Origin: Lingula anatina
Taxonomy: Eukaryota; Animalia; Brachiopoda
Reading direction: 5' to 3'
DNA: 64,000 nucleotides
Assembly: GCA_051362555.1 (NCBI GenBank)
Contig: CM120644.1
Location: 14,902,534-14,966,533 of the forward strand
The first letter of the stretch is position 1. Each line of letters opens with the position of its first letter. Below the pieces are notes generated by a model. It made no database searches. It was not told the origin of the DNA and was given only the letters and a program-made list of their open reading frames with translations. The position numbers and the translations under genes were made by a program. Of the stretch, positions 1 through 14,023 are shown one piece after another.

Positions 1-55
1 TTTGACACAACGAGTTGTAAATAACTGCACGTGACTTCAGTATCCGGGTACTTAC

Positions 56-890
56 TTGGTATTCTGAGATTTCAGTCCTGGAATGTCTTTGCTGCCTATC
101 ATGTCGCTGCCTGAAATCTGCAACATAGAAAGGATATGTATCTATAATTTATACCGTACCTAAAATAGTCCATGCGACTCCGTCTACAAATGTTTTATTC
201 TAATAATTACTTTTTGCATGCCTTTCCCAATTTCTTCGTCACAGGCGATATTATGAGCAATGGAGGTACTTGGTAAATTTACCATGTAAAAGTACTACGT
301 GGGCGCCCACTGTACTTTACTTTTTGTCTGTATACAATCTTTTTCATGAAGGGCAGTTCTTTCAATGTCTGAAGGATCTCACATGGAAACACGCGATTTT
401 CAAATAAATAAAAAAGTCCCTACACGGCACTTCCTTCAATCGTTTGTTTCTTGTGCATGAAGGAAGGAAAATCGAGAATTGAAATAAAGCAAGACCGGCT
501 ATAAGGCTACAGTCGGCAATCAAGTAATTGCTGTTTCCATGAAGTGCAAATCCAAAAATATCATAATGGATTGTGTATCTCAAATTGCGCTTAGACAAAG
601 CTACTATAAAGTGCTTTCAAATGTTCGTACATCATCTCTTCTTTATCTTACATTTCTTACATGGTTTCCAAACAAAGTACTGGGCTACTGTTCATTTATA
701 ATAGTTTTAAATAGTTTGCGAATGATTTCATTACTACTGAGGCACATGGCATTAAATATGGTGTAAAGAAATGAATATTGATCATCAATCAGGTGTCTTG
801 TTATCTTACCTTGTTTTTTATGATTGACAAAAACGCAAGTAATGCCAGAAAGGGCACTGCCACAACAATACACAGCGATAAAACATACAT
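56..890 (-). CDS. CYP20A1: CYP20-family cytochrome P450, copy 0; 5' part only (coding exons 890-810 and 117-56), the rest lies left of the window
   Basis: Exon 1 reads MYVLSLCIVVAVPFLALLAFLSIIKNK (membrane anchor) followed by GTAAG. Exon 2 reads cag|ISGSDMIGSKDIPGLKSQNT|gtaagt. Phases (0, 2) and the IPG motif match exons 1-2 of copies A-D. Confidence 0.85.
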
Positions 891-1893
891 CACTCCTTTG
901 CATCCGTGTTGATTTGTTTCACCTGGAAGACGTTAATAAAACACTTGAAAAAGTTGCTATCATATATGGAGTTAAGTAAATGGCAATTTGAAATAATTAC
1001 CAAGGGATAATCTTATAATGCACTTTTTCTGAACTTTTTAACAAAAAAGGCGTCGAAACAGCAGAATGAAGTCGTTATCAATGCAGATTTTATGCCACAG
1101 CTTATGGACACGTTTTCTTTCTCTTACCTACTTGTAGTTTTATACTCACAGAAAAATATCTCCAGCATGTGCTGTCTGCAGCATACCTTGAAAACTTCGA
1201 ATGTCACAGGGAAAAATCCGGATTTTACCAACTTACGGTATTAAATCAAGCTGGATGCATATAAAGAGAATACGATAAAGCATGTTACGAATTATAGACC
1301 GCCATATGTAAGCTTCCGCCATATACCTGTAGATTCAAGTGTTGTTTACATGGTACAATACATGACAAACATGTGTACTTCTTTGTTTAGAAATCACTCT
1401 TTATCGCTGTTGGCTGTATAGGGGAAATATGAACTAGGTAAAAACATGGGTCTATTAGTCTTGACTGAAATTCCTAGAATTTATAGACCCTTTCATCAAA
1501 ATACGTGAAGATTCACTGCGAGTGAATAAAGTAAAGCATATATATTAAAATGAAATCAAATGAAATATACAAATGAGTTTCAACTTGACAGTAGGGGGTT
1601 GATACACTTCAAAGGCCGAAAAGCCTATTAATATGGCAAGATAGCTTTTCTACACGTTTGGCATATGTTCAATACTTCTCTTATATTAGTTCCATAAAAT
1701 TAACACTTTTAGAGCACATACATTATGTTAGCTTATTCAGCAACAAAACACCTTCTACACATAGAGTTTCCATGCGTCAATTGTCAATGAAATGAAATAA
1801 GATCGCATTCACAACGAGTTGAACCATGGCTTTACAAATCCTGGAACTAAATATGACGGACGCACATGAAAGAAAAACCGCCTAATCTTTTAA

Positions 1894-2009
1894 CAGTCTC
1901 TCCGCCTATCACACGCCTCCCAATGCGTCGTCCCTGCGGGGGTACGGTCATTAAATCTCGGCTCCATTGGGACGACACATGGGGAGGCGTGTGAGAGGCG
2001 GGGAGACAG
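1894..2009. mobile_element. Small palindromic MITE-like element just downstream of the copy A stop codon
   Basis: The left arm cagtctctccgcctatcacacgcctcccaatgcgtcgtccc is a near reverse complement of the right arm gggacgacacatggggaggcgtgtgagaggcggggagacag. It is a GC-rich island in AT-rich DNA. Confidence 0.7.
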
Positions 2010-2075
2010 CAAGGGATCGTTTCAGTTTGATAAATTTCGTCAGTTTGTGGATCTCTTTCACATGAAATATTTTTC

Positions 2076-5000
2076 TTAATTGCTGGAGGACCTTTCAGTA
2101 ACTGTTATCCAGACTTCGTCTTCAGGGGTACCAACTAGTCCATACTTGACCTTGACCCTCTGACCGTTGACATTATGAATCTACAAAATAAACAACAGTG
2201 ATGAAAGCGTTGGTTATGCAATTCTAACAACCATATTTGCATTCCTTTATAATGTGTGTATTGTTGCTATGTGACGTCATTATTATATTTGCTTCTCTTT
2301 CTACTGATAAAAAGATGTGCCATTTCCTTTCCAAAGTTTGTCTGAAAAGCGTTTTGTCTTCTTTGCTTGTATCTGTTTTGGGGGTCAATTTAGGTGCCTT
2401 GCATACACACCTCAAACCTCAGCAAAATGTTCGCCAGTGCCGTAGCTACTTCTGCGTAAGCGAAACGGTACCCAGGACACTTCCTCTTGCCGGCAAAACC
2501 AAACGGTTGAAAGGAGTAGGGGTGGCGCTCTGACACTTTCTTCGGGCTGAAACGATCTGGATCAAACCTGGGAGAATACGTTTAATTCAATTTATATTCT
2601 TAATTCAATAGATGATTCCCATAACGATATGATTAAAATAGAACTTTTCCGCACAAGCCCATAAGGTCAGGTGGATTATTTTAAAATTATTTTAAAATTA
2701 TTTTAAAATTCTAAAATTGAAATGGCTGATCCCATTCTTAAGGCACAAACATTGCCGACACGTCACAGCTCTCACAATACTGTTATTGCTTAAATTTGAT
2801 TAAATTTAACTTTTTTTAAAATCAATAAGTCGAAATTTGAATTTAATTTTGTCAAATTTTTATATCCATAAGGAGTTAATCCAAATATTTTCTCTCTTAA
2901 TTCCATTGAAGTTAATCCAAATATCTGTTTTTTTCTTAATTTCATGTAGTCACTATAATGAATCGTATCTCTAATTTCAAAATGAAGGAAAAATGCATTA
3001 TACAGTTATGGACAAATCATAATTGTAAAACTTACTTCTTGGGACTTGGCCAACATTTTGGATCATTAAATGTCACACCCAAAGCATGTATAATGGTAGT
3101 CTGGAAAAATAATGCTTTGCAAGAAAGTATCACTATTATATTCTTGAATTATTGTACACACACAAACCGCAGCGAATATAATCAGCATTCATAACGATAT
3201 CCTTGCTATGACCAAAATCAGAACGCATTAAAATGAATAAGTAAATAATGAATCAATTGAAAAACAGAGGGACAAACAAGCTGCTCCAAAATTAATTTTC
3301 CCCATCAGTGTCATTGTGTCTTTCTACTATGAAACAGTTAATTCTAACTTCCCAGCATATGATAAAAACTGAAATATACAGATTTAAATATAATAAGAAA
3401 ACTGGCACAAAATGAAATATTTTCACAAACAATGACATCATTTACTCCTAATTACCCCAGCCGGTAGGACGTAACCTCCAACTATGACGTCCTTCTCATC
3501 GTCATAGCGGCTTGCATAAGGTGCAACTACCGCCACACGCAGGGTCTCGTCCATAACTTGACGGGTGTACCTGACATCAACAGATGAGGTGTTAAATGAA
3601 ATATAATATAGAAATATGATTTTTTTCAAAAAAAAAAAAAAAATTAATAAATAAAAATAAATAAATAAATAAATAGCACTGACAAATGTTTCTGACAGAG
3701 TTAACATAAACAATTAGCTAAAAAGATCTTTTGAAATTAGAAAAAAACGTGAATATAAAAAATTAATATATCACGTTGCCCAAACCAAAAAGCTTAGTTT
3801 AAACTGAAAAGAAGAAACTTCAAAGTAAAAATAAAAATGTGCAAAAAAATAATTAAAATAAAAATATAATATAGATAAATGCATGGTTGGATAAATAGAA
3901 TGCACATGTAACGGTTCATAAATATGAAGCAAAAGAATCACTGTGATCAAATGATAAACGTAGCAAATAGCATTATAATGTTAAATCAACATTAGGGCTG
4001 ACGATCCCTTACAAATACTTACACTAATTGGGCAATGTTACTCGGTAAAACCTCGCGTCTGTCACCCAATACGGTTTTCACTTCTTGGAATATTTTCTCT
4101 TGAACTTCGGGGTTAAGCGAGATAAAATGAAGGGTCCACACCAGCACTGTAAAGATATAAACAGTTTGTTGAAGTCAAAACATTAAATTATCATTACGCA
4201 CTTATGAACTGGTTGAATAATGTATTCTCTCTAAGTATGCGTGGACTTAGTCGCAGATGCAATATTCTGTTTCGTGAAAGGAACATTTAAACCCAAGCCT
4301 CTTTAGATCAATTTTATATTCATCAGAAAGAGCGCATAAGTGTGCAGTGATTGTAATGGTTAATTGACACTGAGTAGTGTCAATACAATCATATACGAAC
4401 AATTTCCTGATGTTTGAAATCCACCAATGATGAAATTCCTCAGGTCTCCCTGTAGCATGTCATCTGGGATGTTGTTCTCAATCATGACGTCAATCAACAT
4501 TTCTCGTTTCACGGTGGTGGGCTTTTTTCTTCTAATGTCAATCGCAGTGGTGAATATATCATTTATATATTTTTTGGCTGTAAAGAAGTGTATATTGTAT
4601 CTGTTAGCCTATGAAACAGAAAACGTGGTATCGAGATAAAAATCCAATTCTTCAAAATCAGACGATGCCTATAGTCGTAAATCCGTAGACGTCGTACTGT
4701 ATCTGTAAATTATAAAATCACTGCTTTTCAAAAAAATGAGACTTGAACAATTATATAACAACTAAATACAAAAATGGACGATACATGAATCTAGTTTATT
4801 CTTACCGTCGTTAAATCTTTTTTCACGTTCACTCCCGTGCTTTGGTATATCCCCTCCGAGTCTGTCTTCCATATCGTACCAGCACTGATAATTGGCAGAA
4901 TCAAATAAGGCGGTAATAGAAATATACCACTGCACATATACTGTATAAATACATGTATAAAAGCACTGTGCAGTATAATGGAAATTATGCTTACATTTAC

Positions 5001-6396
5001 TTTGGGCATTGAGCATATTGTCCATATAAATGTGCATGTACATGGTGTAACATGTAACTTTATTGTTCTGAAATAGTTACGAAATCCTGGAGCAAATAAT
5101 ACAAAACAATATATCATTATCATTCATATAACAATCAAATACATGCCCTTATTTTAAGCTATATGTATTTTCCCACGTTTGCTATTCGGATGCCGTCTCC
5201 TCAAGTCCGTATTTGTGATTAAATGATGATCCCTTTAAGCTCCTATAGTCCATCAAACTAATCATGTAATGTTGGCAATACTAAACTTACGATATCATAT
5301 GACTGGCAAAATTTTATTATCTGCTCCTCATCCAAAACGAAATCTCCAAGTGATGTCTGTGTTATGGCCTTCAACGCGAACAAAAACGCCTCCTTGCGGC
5401 AAGGAATATGCTCATCACGTGGTTTATGTGACCATTTCTCCACCAATTCCTCAGCAAGCTGTGATGATATAAAACTGTTTGAAATTACGTACAATTACAA
5501 TTTGTCAAGTCTGTTCATGGACTTGTAAACATTTTATTGGCAAACTACAATTTGAAGGACTAGAAAGAATTTCTTGCGGATATTTTTAAGCAGGGAGATG
5601 ATTAAATGAAGATTACAGATAAAATATATATCCAATTGTTTGAAAATGCACTAATGACTAATCTAAACATTGCTTGGGACATCACATTGAATTTCACCTT
5701 TTGAAATATGGTCACATACTCCAGTGTTTGTTCATGGCTAAAGCACGGGTCATAAGTGTTCCTCCTCCACTTTCCATCTTCTTTGTTAGCATACTGGATA
5801 GCTTTCTCAGTAAATAGGGGCTTGTACATATTGAACAAAAGGTCTAGAAGAAATATTTAGATAGGTTTATTAGATTATAGATAAACACTGTGTTTTATAT
5901 AAAGACCGTCCATCAATTGCACATCGTCGATTATATTACAATGCGACATAAAGTTAGATGTAGTATAAGAATAATAATATTAATAATAATAATAATAATT
6001 CATTTTAGATGTGCAGATGTATGTCTAAGTATAAGGAATACAAATACACCCATGGATTCTCTCACCTGATCTATCAAATAAACGACAGTTTTCTTTGAAC
6101 AGTTGAGGAGAGGCGATGCTGACTGCCATTTTTTCTCCATACCAGAACTTTGCTATGGGTCCATACTGCTGGTGTAGCCACAGTAGGAACTCGTGTACAC
6201 TGCCGTGTTTTTTAATCAGGCCAAGGTTCCCATGTCTGAAGGATATTGAAGCTGCTTGTAATTCATACAAACATAGATCCGGGAGAAATTTTAAAGGGCG
6301 GCCATTCTAATATCTGTTACTATATCAAAAATTAAGCCACAATCCAACTGAAGGCTAAAACGAGCATTACAAGTTTATATTGCAAAAAAAAAAAAA

Positions 6397-6470
<74 letters not shown>

Positions 6471-7750
6471 TTTGGGGGGGGGGCAGATTGTTGAAATTTC
6501 AAGGAAAATGAATCATTAGCATTATACTCTGACGTTGGAAAAAGTTGCCCTGTTCTTTTATCCACCATTGTCAACTACGCCGACATAAGTGTAGGAAGCA
6601 GGAAGTTAAGAACTAACAGACCCGCGGATCATATATGGCGGCCCACTTAAAAGTTTATCGCATAACATCCTAAAAGACACTAAATAGATCCCCAGCGTGG
6701 ATTACGCGGTAAGATTTCAAGTGGATCGGACATATTTGATCCACGGATCTGTTTGTCTGCGGATCAACTTTGGTTGTAATTGCGGTCTTATAGTCGTAAA
6801 GGGGCTTGTTTTTCCTTCTCCCAAGACGCCAACATGGATATTAAAATTAGGTTACGTCACACTGAGGTATAGACTTCGCATTAAACGACTTCTGCGTCAA
6901 GTGGGTCGAAAATCGGCCATATTTGATCGAGTATGTTAGGTTAGTCAGAGGATCTACTTTGGTTGTGAATGCGGCCTAAGGGTTTTGTCCATTATTCGGG
7001 CACTCACTTATTATTCCTGGATATTAGTCCTGGTATGCTCTTGTCGACTGTGCCTCTGTCGAAGATCTGAAAAAAAAAAAAACTTTTCATTGCTAATCTG
7101 TCCCGTACTGATACTAGACTACTTAATTAACTCATCAAAGGCGGAGTGGTGTGGTGAGAAATGGATAATATTAGAGAAGTAATGGTCACCCCTCAAATAA
7201 TGTTGTATATTTAAAATTTAAAGGTACAAAGCCCTAAGCCTAAAGAGTTTTAAAAGGTGGGTCTATATCGATGCGTATGGTTTCCATGTTAAATATTATT
7301 TCCATTTTCATACAACACATTGCCCATCCGAGACCCGCACTTTCTTGTAAAGTGGGGAAATCAAGAACATAATGTAAACATTAATACAGAATGGTTAAGG
7401 GCGGCTATAAAGTTATATACTGTTATATCAAACGCATGTTGCTTTCATGAAATACAAATCCAGAGGTGTTACATTATGTATCTCATAACTACAATGTTAT
7501 GTTATTATATTTTTGACTAAAAGTATCGATGATTTTACAGTGTAGAGTGTATGTTTTAGTCTCAGACAGCATGCTAGCAATCTGGTTGACATTAGAACTG
7601 ACAATAATGGCATATGGTAGTAGAGATATTGGCGTGAAACTGCAGTCAATAATCAAATAGATATCCTACCTTATTTTTTATCGTCAACAGAAACACGACT
7701 AATGCCACGAAGGCCACTGACACCATGATGCAAGGCAGCAAAAAATACAT
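2076..7750 (-). CDS. CYP20A1: CYP20-family cytochrome P450, copy A; intact, 12 coding exons, 481 aa
   Basis: Exons: 7750-7670, 7066-7008, 6235-6066, 5843-5698, 5458-5291, 4884-4806, 4577-4401, 4146-4023, 3570-3456, 3100-3036, 2567-2411, 2180-2076. All introns GT-AG and phase-compatible; 1446 nt ending in TAA. Motifs: HGNL..GSVHEFLLWLHQQYGPIAKFW, I-helix GGFQTS, K-helix ETLR, FDPDRF, heme FGFAGKRKCPG, C-terminal KYGLV..PEDEVWITV. These closely parallel the vertebrate CYP20A1 sequence as I recall it. Confidence 0.93.
6615..6752. mobile_element. Palindromic MITE in copy A intron 2; a relative in opposite orientation lies at about 54966-55100 in copy D intron 5
   Basis: Inverted termini aacagacccgcggatcatatatg...catatttgatccacggatctgtt. 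Internal motifs (cccactt.aaag, ttacgcggta) recur at 54966-55100. Confidence 0.6.
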
Positions 7751-7903
7751 CTTCCCTTTTTTCAGTATTTAATATCCAGAATCTGTTTTGGTTCACCCGT
7801 AAGAAGTAAATTCGCTGTAATATCTGTAAATGTAAAAAGAGGCTGTCACACATAAAAGTGAATTTCAGCATGTCGAAAATATCTATGCCGATGGATCGTG
7901 AAC

Positions 7904-7974
<71 letters not shown>

Positions 7975-8949
7975 GTTACACAATTTATAGTTTTAAATCC
8001 CCACGTATTTTCAACTCAAACACGAAAATTAGTCCCTTGCCTACACTGGTCTATCGTTTCATTGTGTGAAAAGCTTCAGTGGCCAGACAATTTTCACGGT
8101 GCATGTAAGATAAACAGTTAAAAAATACCCACAATAAATTCGGCAACCGTAGGATGCGCCAACATATAGATAATTGCGATAGTATTTATGCTGAAACATC
8201 AAAATGAATAGCCCTGCCGTTCCAATCGGCAATCCTCGACTGTCGAGTGCGGAGACATCCGAGTAGTTCCAAGTGCTGCCGTTCTACCCTTTAAACCAAT
8301 CAAAGCAACGGAAAGGGTCACGTGATAACTTGACCTACATCTGTTCGATGTAAACAATGAATTTTCATGCGAAGCTTGCACATTTAATAGATGATTCCCA
8401 TGCGTTGTTTAAATAAAAAAATACGTCCTAGGATTTTAAAATCGATGTCAATATTGAGAGAAAGATTTAAATAGTTGGAGAATACGTGTATTTATATAAT
8501 TGGCTAAATGTTGACGTGAATTCACGGCAAGAAGGTATGTAGTATATAGCCCGTAGACTGCACTGTACCACTTCTACTACAATCGCACACAGGTCACACT
8601 ATTACCCTATATAGTGATCATATAATCACTTACCTTGTACATGTATGTTCAGTAATGTTACATTGAATTAAAGCGCATATAATCACTGACAATTATTTGA
8701 CTCAATATCTTACACTGATAAATAGTATAAATCCATGTGTAGAGTTACAAACTAGGTATCATGAGGGCTGTCTGTTTATGAAGCTGGCAAGTGCTCAAAA
8801 AATTATTTCAAAAATATCTAAGTGCTTCATTAGGTAGAATAATTGAGGTTTTTATGTTCAAGTTTATCTTAAAATTGCAAAGGTACAATTTTAAAGAAGT
8901 TTGATTATTGCAATTAATTGCAGCATTGTCTAGTAACAACAGCATATTA

Positions 8950-9540
8950 AAGAAATAATAGCTCACATTTAACAAGGCTTTTATGATATATATAATATAT
9001 TTTTTCCAACTTAATTATTTCAACTGTGAAATTATAACTTTATACATTTCCTGTGCATATCTGAAAAAGATTAATAAAATGCCATTTGAACAGGTACACT
9101 TAAAGTTTTGCAAATGGATTGTAGGTCTAAGAAAGCAGGCTAGCAATACCATTTTTAGAGCTGAGCTCGGCAGTTACCCTATTATTTCAACTATAACTAA
9201 ACCTGTCTAAAGATTAGTCTTAGACTGGAACAACTACCAGTAGATAATAGAACTGTAAATCAGGTGCACAATCTTGAGCAAGATACAAAGGGAAACACAA
9301 GGACAGAATCTATCCAAAGATAACAACCCACCAAAGAAATTATATCAAATAGAAAACCTTGTAGAAATATTGAACATAAAAATCGAAAAAACTATTCTGG
9401 CAGGAATTAAATAGCTCAATCTCAAACAAATTAAGGACATACAAAACAATAAAAAAATATTATGAATGTTAAAATTACATCAAAATGAGTGTGTCCCCAT
9501 TAAATATCAAAACACTTGCAAAAATTAGACGACCACAACT
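8950..9540 (+). mobile_element. Decayed non-LTR retrotransposon fragment (CR1/L2-group ORF2, region after the RT domain)
   Basis: PFEQVHLKFCKWIVGLRKQASNTIFRAELGSYPI and downstream LRTYKTIK...LAKIR..DH-like motifs, with stops and frameshifts. Confidence 0.75.
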
Positions 9541-10703
9541 TTTTTTTTTTTACAAATAATGCAGATAGCTGGCAGTACTGGTGACTTTGATATACCAAAC
9601 CCTGAGACTGATCTCAATTTCTTGGGAGATGGACCTTGTATTTTGGGAAGAGTACAACTGGTTGATGGTTCTGTAAAAGAAGCAAAATAACATTTTACTT
9701 TTCATACCATACATATTAGTGAATTATAATGTGCAGATACTGACTACTACAGAAACAACCTTGAATTAAGTTGGATAAATATCCAAGTGGGTGTAACAAA
9801 GATATGTAAAAAAATAGTAATGTGCTGAAAATTCAGTTATAAAAACATTTGCCCTGTACAAATAAAAAGACAACAGAGAATACATATTTCAAATAAATAC
9901 ATCTGGATACTTGGTTACACAAATGATTTAGCAAATACAGAGCAGACCGCAAATCCTTGATTGTTGCAAGTGCAATTGTATATACAATCACTATGATTTC
10001 ACTATAAAATAAATAAATAATAATGAAATAAGATAAGACAGTAGCATGTGAGTTTATCAAATGATTGACACCAAGTGATATTGACAACTATAATTACATA
10101 TATCCTCATGATTCAAAGGGCATAGGGTAGGTATTGGATTCAATGTATTAGTGGCTCAGCATGTTCCTTTTATGAGGAACTAAGCTGTAACAAACTACAG
10201 GCAAATGAGACCCACTGTTTAATATTTGTTGCAACAAAGACAAATTAATCAAGCTTAAAGATCTAATAATTAATAGGGAGCCCACTAGAATTCTGCTGCC
10301 CAGATTAATATAAGATGCCTTGAATAAAAGTGCCTCTTCTCTTTAACTGAACTACATCTACCAGTCACCCTACTCATTATCATTATTCCTTTATTGATAC
10401 TGTTTGTCAACGTAATTCTTTATTGATACTATTTATGTATACCTTTACTGATTCTATTCATAAGGGAAAGTTACAAGGATTATTCCTAACAGTCCTAATT
10501 AAATTAATCACATTGCAGCTTGTTCTGTGAAAAGCTATCCTACTTTTTCTGGCTCACAAGATACAATAAATAATCCCTAAAATACATTCTCATTGAAGTT
10601 GGGCTTAGCCTATTAGCCTTTTTCATCTTTTCCGGAAATTGAAATTGCATTGTGGGTAGGGGAGCCCTGCTACGTCGAAACACTTACAGCGGTGCTAAAA
10701 ACC

Positions 10704-10880
10704 ATGGCTGGGTTTACGTGCTTTTTGTCCCGCTACTACAATAACAGTAAGCGAGATCGACACATGAGGTTTAATAAGTTCCCAACAAACCCGTTAGAAT
10801 GAAAAATATGGTAGAAAGAAAGGAAAATATAGCAGGTTTGGGTCAAAAGCAGGGCACCGCGTTTGCGCTGAACATTTCGG
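10704..10880 (+). pseudogene. Decayed THAP zinc-finger fragment (P-element/ISL2EU-type transposon relic)
   Basis: Across frameshifts it reads MAGFTC..P..YNNSKRDRHMRFNKFPTNPL...W...KAGHRVCAEHF, matching the THAP consensus C..P.C...F..FP....W...RVCxxHF. Confidence 0.6.
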
Positions 10881-12814
10881 GAAGAAAAACTATAATATTA
10901 GGAGATCAACGGTGCTTTAATAAAATACAGAAATGCTTAGTTAAACAACGGATATAACGAACTATCGGCAAATAGAACTTGGGGGTAAAAAATGCGAGAA
11001 AAAAAAAAAACATTATAAAGATTTGAAGAAAAAATTGAAGAATAGGCCGGGGCCTAAAAATTAAGAAAAGACTTCAAGCATGAGATTATGGAAAAAGAAA
11101 GTAAAAGCTGTGAAGTTTTACACGGGGATTCTACTTACAAGAAATTCAAGAACTTTCACGACTTTTTGTGTAACAACAAAGAGAAGGTTTGAAAAGTTTT
11201 GTATGTAATATCCTTTTTGTGTGTGTTTTATTGATAAGTGATCATTTTAAATGTTGTAGGCCCATCACAGGTTTTAGTCTCTCATAACCCTTAGCAGGGT
11301 GGGTTCTATTTTTTTTTACGTGAGACGTTAATAAAATTTTTATTATTATGTATTCAGTCCCGTATACGTATTACTGATTTGTACAAACGGGGCTCATATA
11401 TCAAGATCAACAGAGACATACGAAGAAGAAAGTAAATCGGCTCTTGTTGAACGCGTTATCGGCGAATAAAAAGTTATTTATTTCTGAACTCAATGACAAG
11501 AGAATTGGAAAATACAAAAAATGCAGAAAAGCCTTTCTGTAAGCTACGTGTATATAATACATGTATGGTAAAGACAAAATGGATAAAAAACATAATCCAA
11601 CAACGTATTTGTAAAGTAATACAAATATGCTTAGTATTAAAGTAGGCCTACGTATATTTAACTGTCTTAGATAGTTGAAAAGTATGAAATGTGTGGGAAA
11701 CACTTTATTTGAATGATTTAATTGTCTGTGATTGAAAACGATGAAAATACGCATGAAAACATTTAAAAGTCAAATAATTTGGCCTCTTGCCATAATTTCG
11801 TTTTTGTTTCAGTTTGACAAAATTTTCATACTTGTCAGACCGAAAGGCTGACATTTTTTACCTGTCGTAAATTTTGTACATATACTAGAGTAAGACACGG
11901 TAAACTTTAATTATCGTCTGGGAAAGAGTTGAGAATTCCTGTCTCACCTATTTAACACTTAAAAGGTTTTAATTACAGAGGAAAGGTCGTAGTTGTTGTC
12001 TGTGTGAAATAGGGGCATTACCGAACAATTGAACAAGTAACACCTGATGCCTTATCAGGTACCAAACGATTTTATCAGTTCACCGACGAACGATCTGCGT
12101 GTCAGTTTTACCTGTATACACAGTAGCTACGAGTCGAACAATGCAGGAAATCTTTTCATTTTATCACTTTAAAAATCTCTTAAGATATCCTTCAAACAAG
12201 ACATAAAAATCATAATGAATTGACACTGCCGGTACATGAGGTGATATCGCCACAGCTTGCATATATACATGTACAAAATTGTGAAGACGTAGGCCTGCGC
12301 ACCTGTCCACACTCTTGAAAGCTGTGTACGAGTCTACTGGCTATTTTGATTTTATACATAAAAAAATAACGAGTCTCTTTCGCACATCTTTATTATCGGA
12401 AGCATTTAAAAGAACTCCGAAGCTTTAGTTCGTCATCACTATGGAAAGTACAGCCAAGGCTCGGACGCTTAGGTGAAGTCTAGTTGTAAAGCGCATCGTA
12501 TTTAAACTGAGAAAGAAAATATTTAATTGCTTGATTCTCCGTCCAAATAGCTGTTTCTTGCCTACAGTTTACGCGTTTCTGTGCTTCAGCCACCTTTTTA
12601 GTTTGACAGAAAGCAATGCACGCTTCATACGACCTTTTTATATGCGCACCTTGTACATCATCTACACCTAGCATTGCCATGCTGGAAACAGCAGAGGACC
12701 ACTATGACCCCTGTGGCGCGCGGTTCCTGTCATGCGCACTTCGTATTTCCGCAAAAGATGAAAAAGGTTAATACACATTTATATTCACTAATGGTTGCAC
12801 ATGTGCAGCAATGT

Positions 12815-12817
<3 letters not shown>

Positions 12818-12858
<41 letters not shown>
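12818..12858. repeat. Poly-G tract of 41 nt
   Basis: Uninterrupted G run, read directly. Confidence 0.9.
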
Positions 12859-12859
<1 letters not shown>

Positions 12860-13047
12860 GGACCACTCCACAAATAACATAAAATATTCTACCATGATAC
12901 TTAAGCCTCTGTCTCATAAAATCCCACCATAATATTTGTTTATATATCTTGTTGTGTGAAGCCTTACATTATTTTGTGTAAATGCAATGCTAATATGGAT
13001 GAACTAATAATGAGATGTTAATCATGGCAAGAACATCCAGCTAGCTT

Positions 13048-13246
13048 AGGCTGTATTCCCAGAGCTTTTAGATTGATCTGCCCCCGTGGGGAGTCTCACT
13101 AGATTACTGTCAGATAACCCGGCTTAAATGTCCGTCCCGCCAACTACAAGCTGTAAGGGGGTAATTAACTTTCGTGTCCACCCCACTGACAGCTGTTTAG
13201 CGTGAACCCCTAAAGTAGATCGATCTAATCTCTGGAAATGGGGTCT
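13048..13246. mobile_element. MITE (Tourist/Harbinger-like), same family as 26134-26355 and 37744-37989
   Basis: Shares ggggagtctcacta..ccggcttaaatgt..tttagcgtgaacccc..gatcgatc with the other two copies; imperfect TIRs. Confidence 0.65.
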
Positions 13247-14023
13247 TTTACTATCTTATTCAACAGAGAATGAGTTGTTTCAAATCTTAAAACCTCTAAG
13301 TATTTACAAATAAAATAATAATAACACTAATAAACTTGTTTTTATCATTTTCTTTTTTTCTTTCTTTCATATCACTTTTATCAGTCACATATTGTTATGT
13401 AACATCAGCCACGTACGATGTAAACATCACACGATCGGGGCTGACTTAAAAACAAATTACAATATGTTGACATACCTTCTTCAGCAAGACTGCCTTGTTT
13501 CTCAGCTTTCTCATACTTCTTTGCCGCCTGAGATAACCCCTTCTTGTTAGTAAGCTTTCTGTAGCAAGAGTAGTGACATCGTGGTTTGGCTTCCAAATCG
13601 TCGAATCCTCTAAGGCTCTATCTAAATCCGTACGGATCCACTGAACAGCAGCGGCTTCTCTGCTGCCAAATTTCAGCCATTGTTTCGCTGCGACTCTAAA
13701 AGTTTCCCAGCGAAAACGTGTGATGGTATCTAGAGTCTCTTAATTAGCTACCTTCTTCTATGTGCATGCAACACGAAAGATGAGAATTTGGCGAAGATTT
13801 CGCGTCTCCCTCCTCAGACTCTTCACTACAGCCGACCATGCTGCTTTGTTTACATGGCATGGCCTGGTGGGAAGGTGACTTGACCCCCTTTCCGTTGCTT
13901 TGATTGGTTAAAAGGCTCGAACGGCGGGGCTATTCATTTTGATATTTTGACATTTATACTATCGCAATTATCTATATGTTGGCGCTTCTCTCGGTTGCCG
14001 AATTTTATTGTGGATATTCTTTA

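Noticed and set aside
2237-2533. Plus-strand ORFs recurring at 2237, 21530-21803, 32077 and similar ORFs over other exons
   Set aside because: They are antisense shadows of conserved CYP20 exons, not independent genes.
12674-12877. Poly-Gly ORF and possible G-quadruplex
   Set aside because: It is a translation of a G41 homopolymer inside a transposon relic. The run length may be unreliable and there is no evidence of function.
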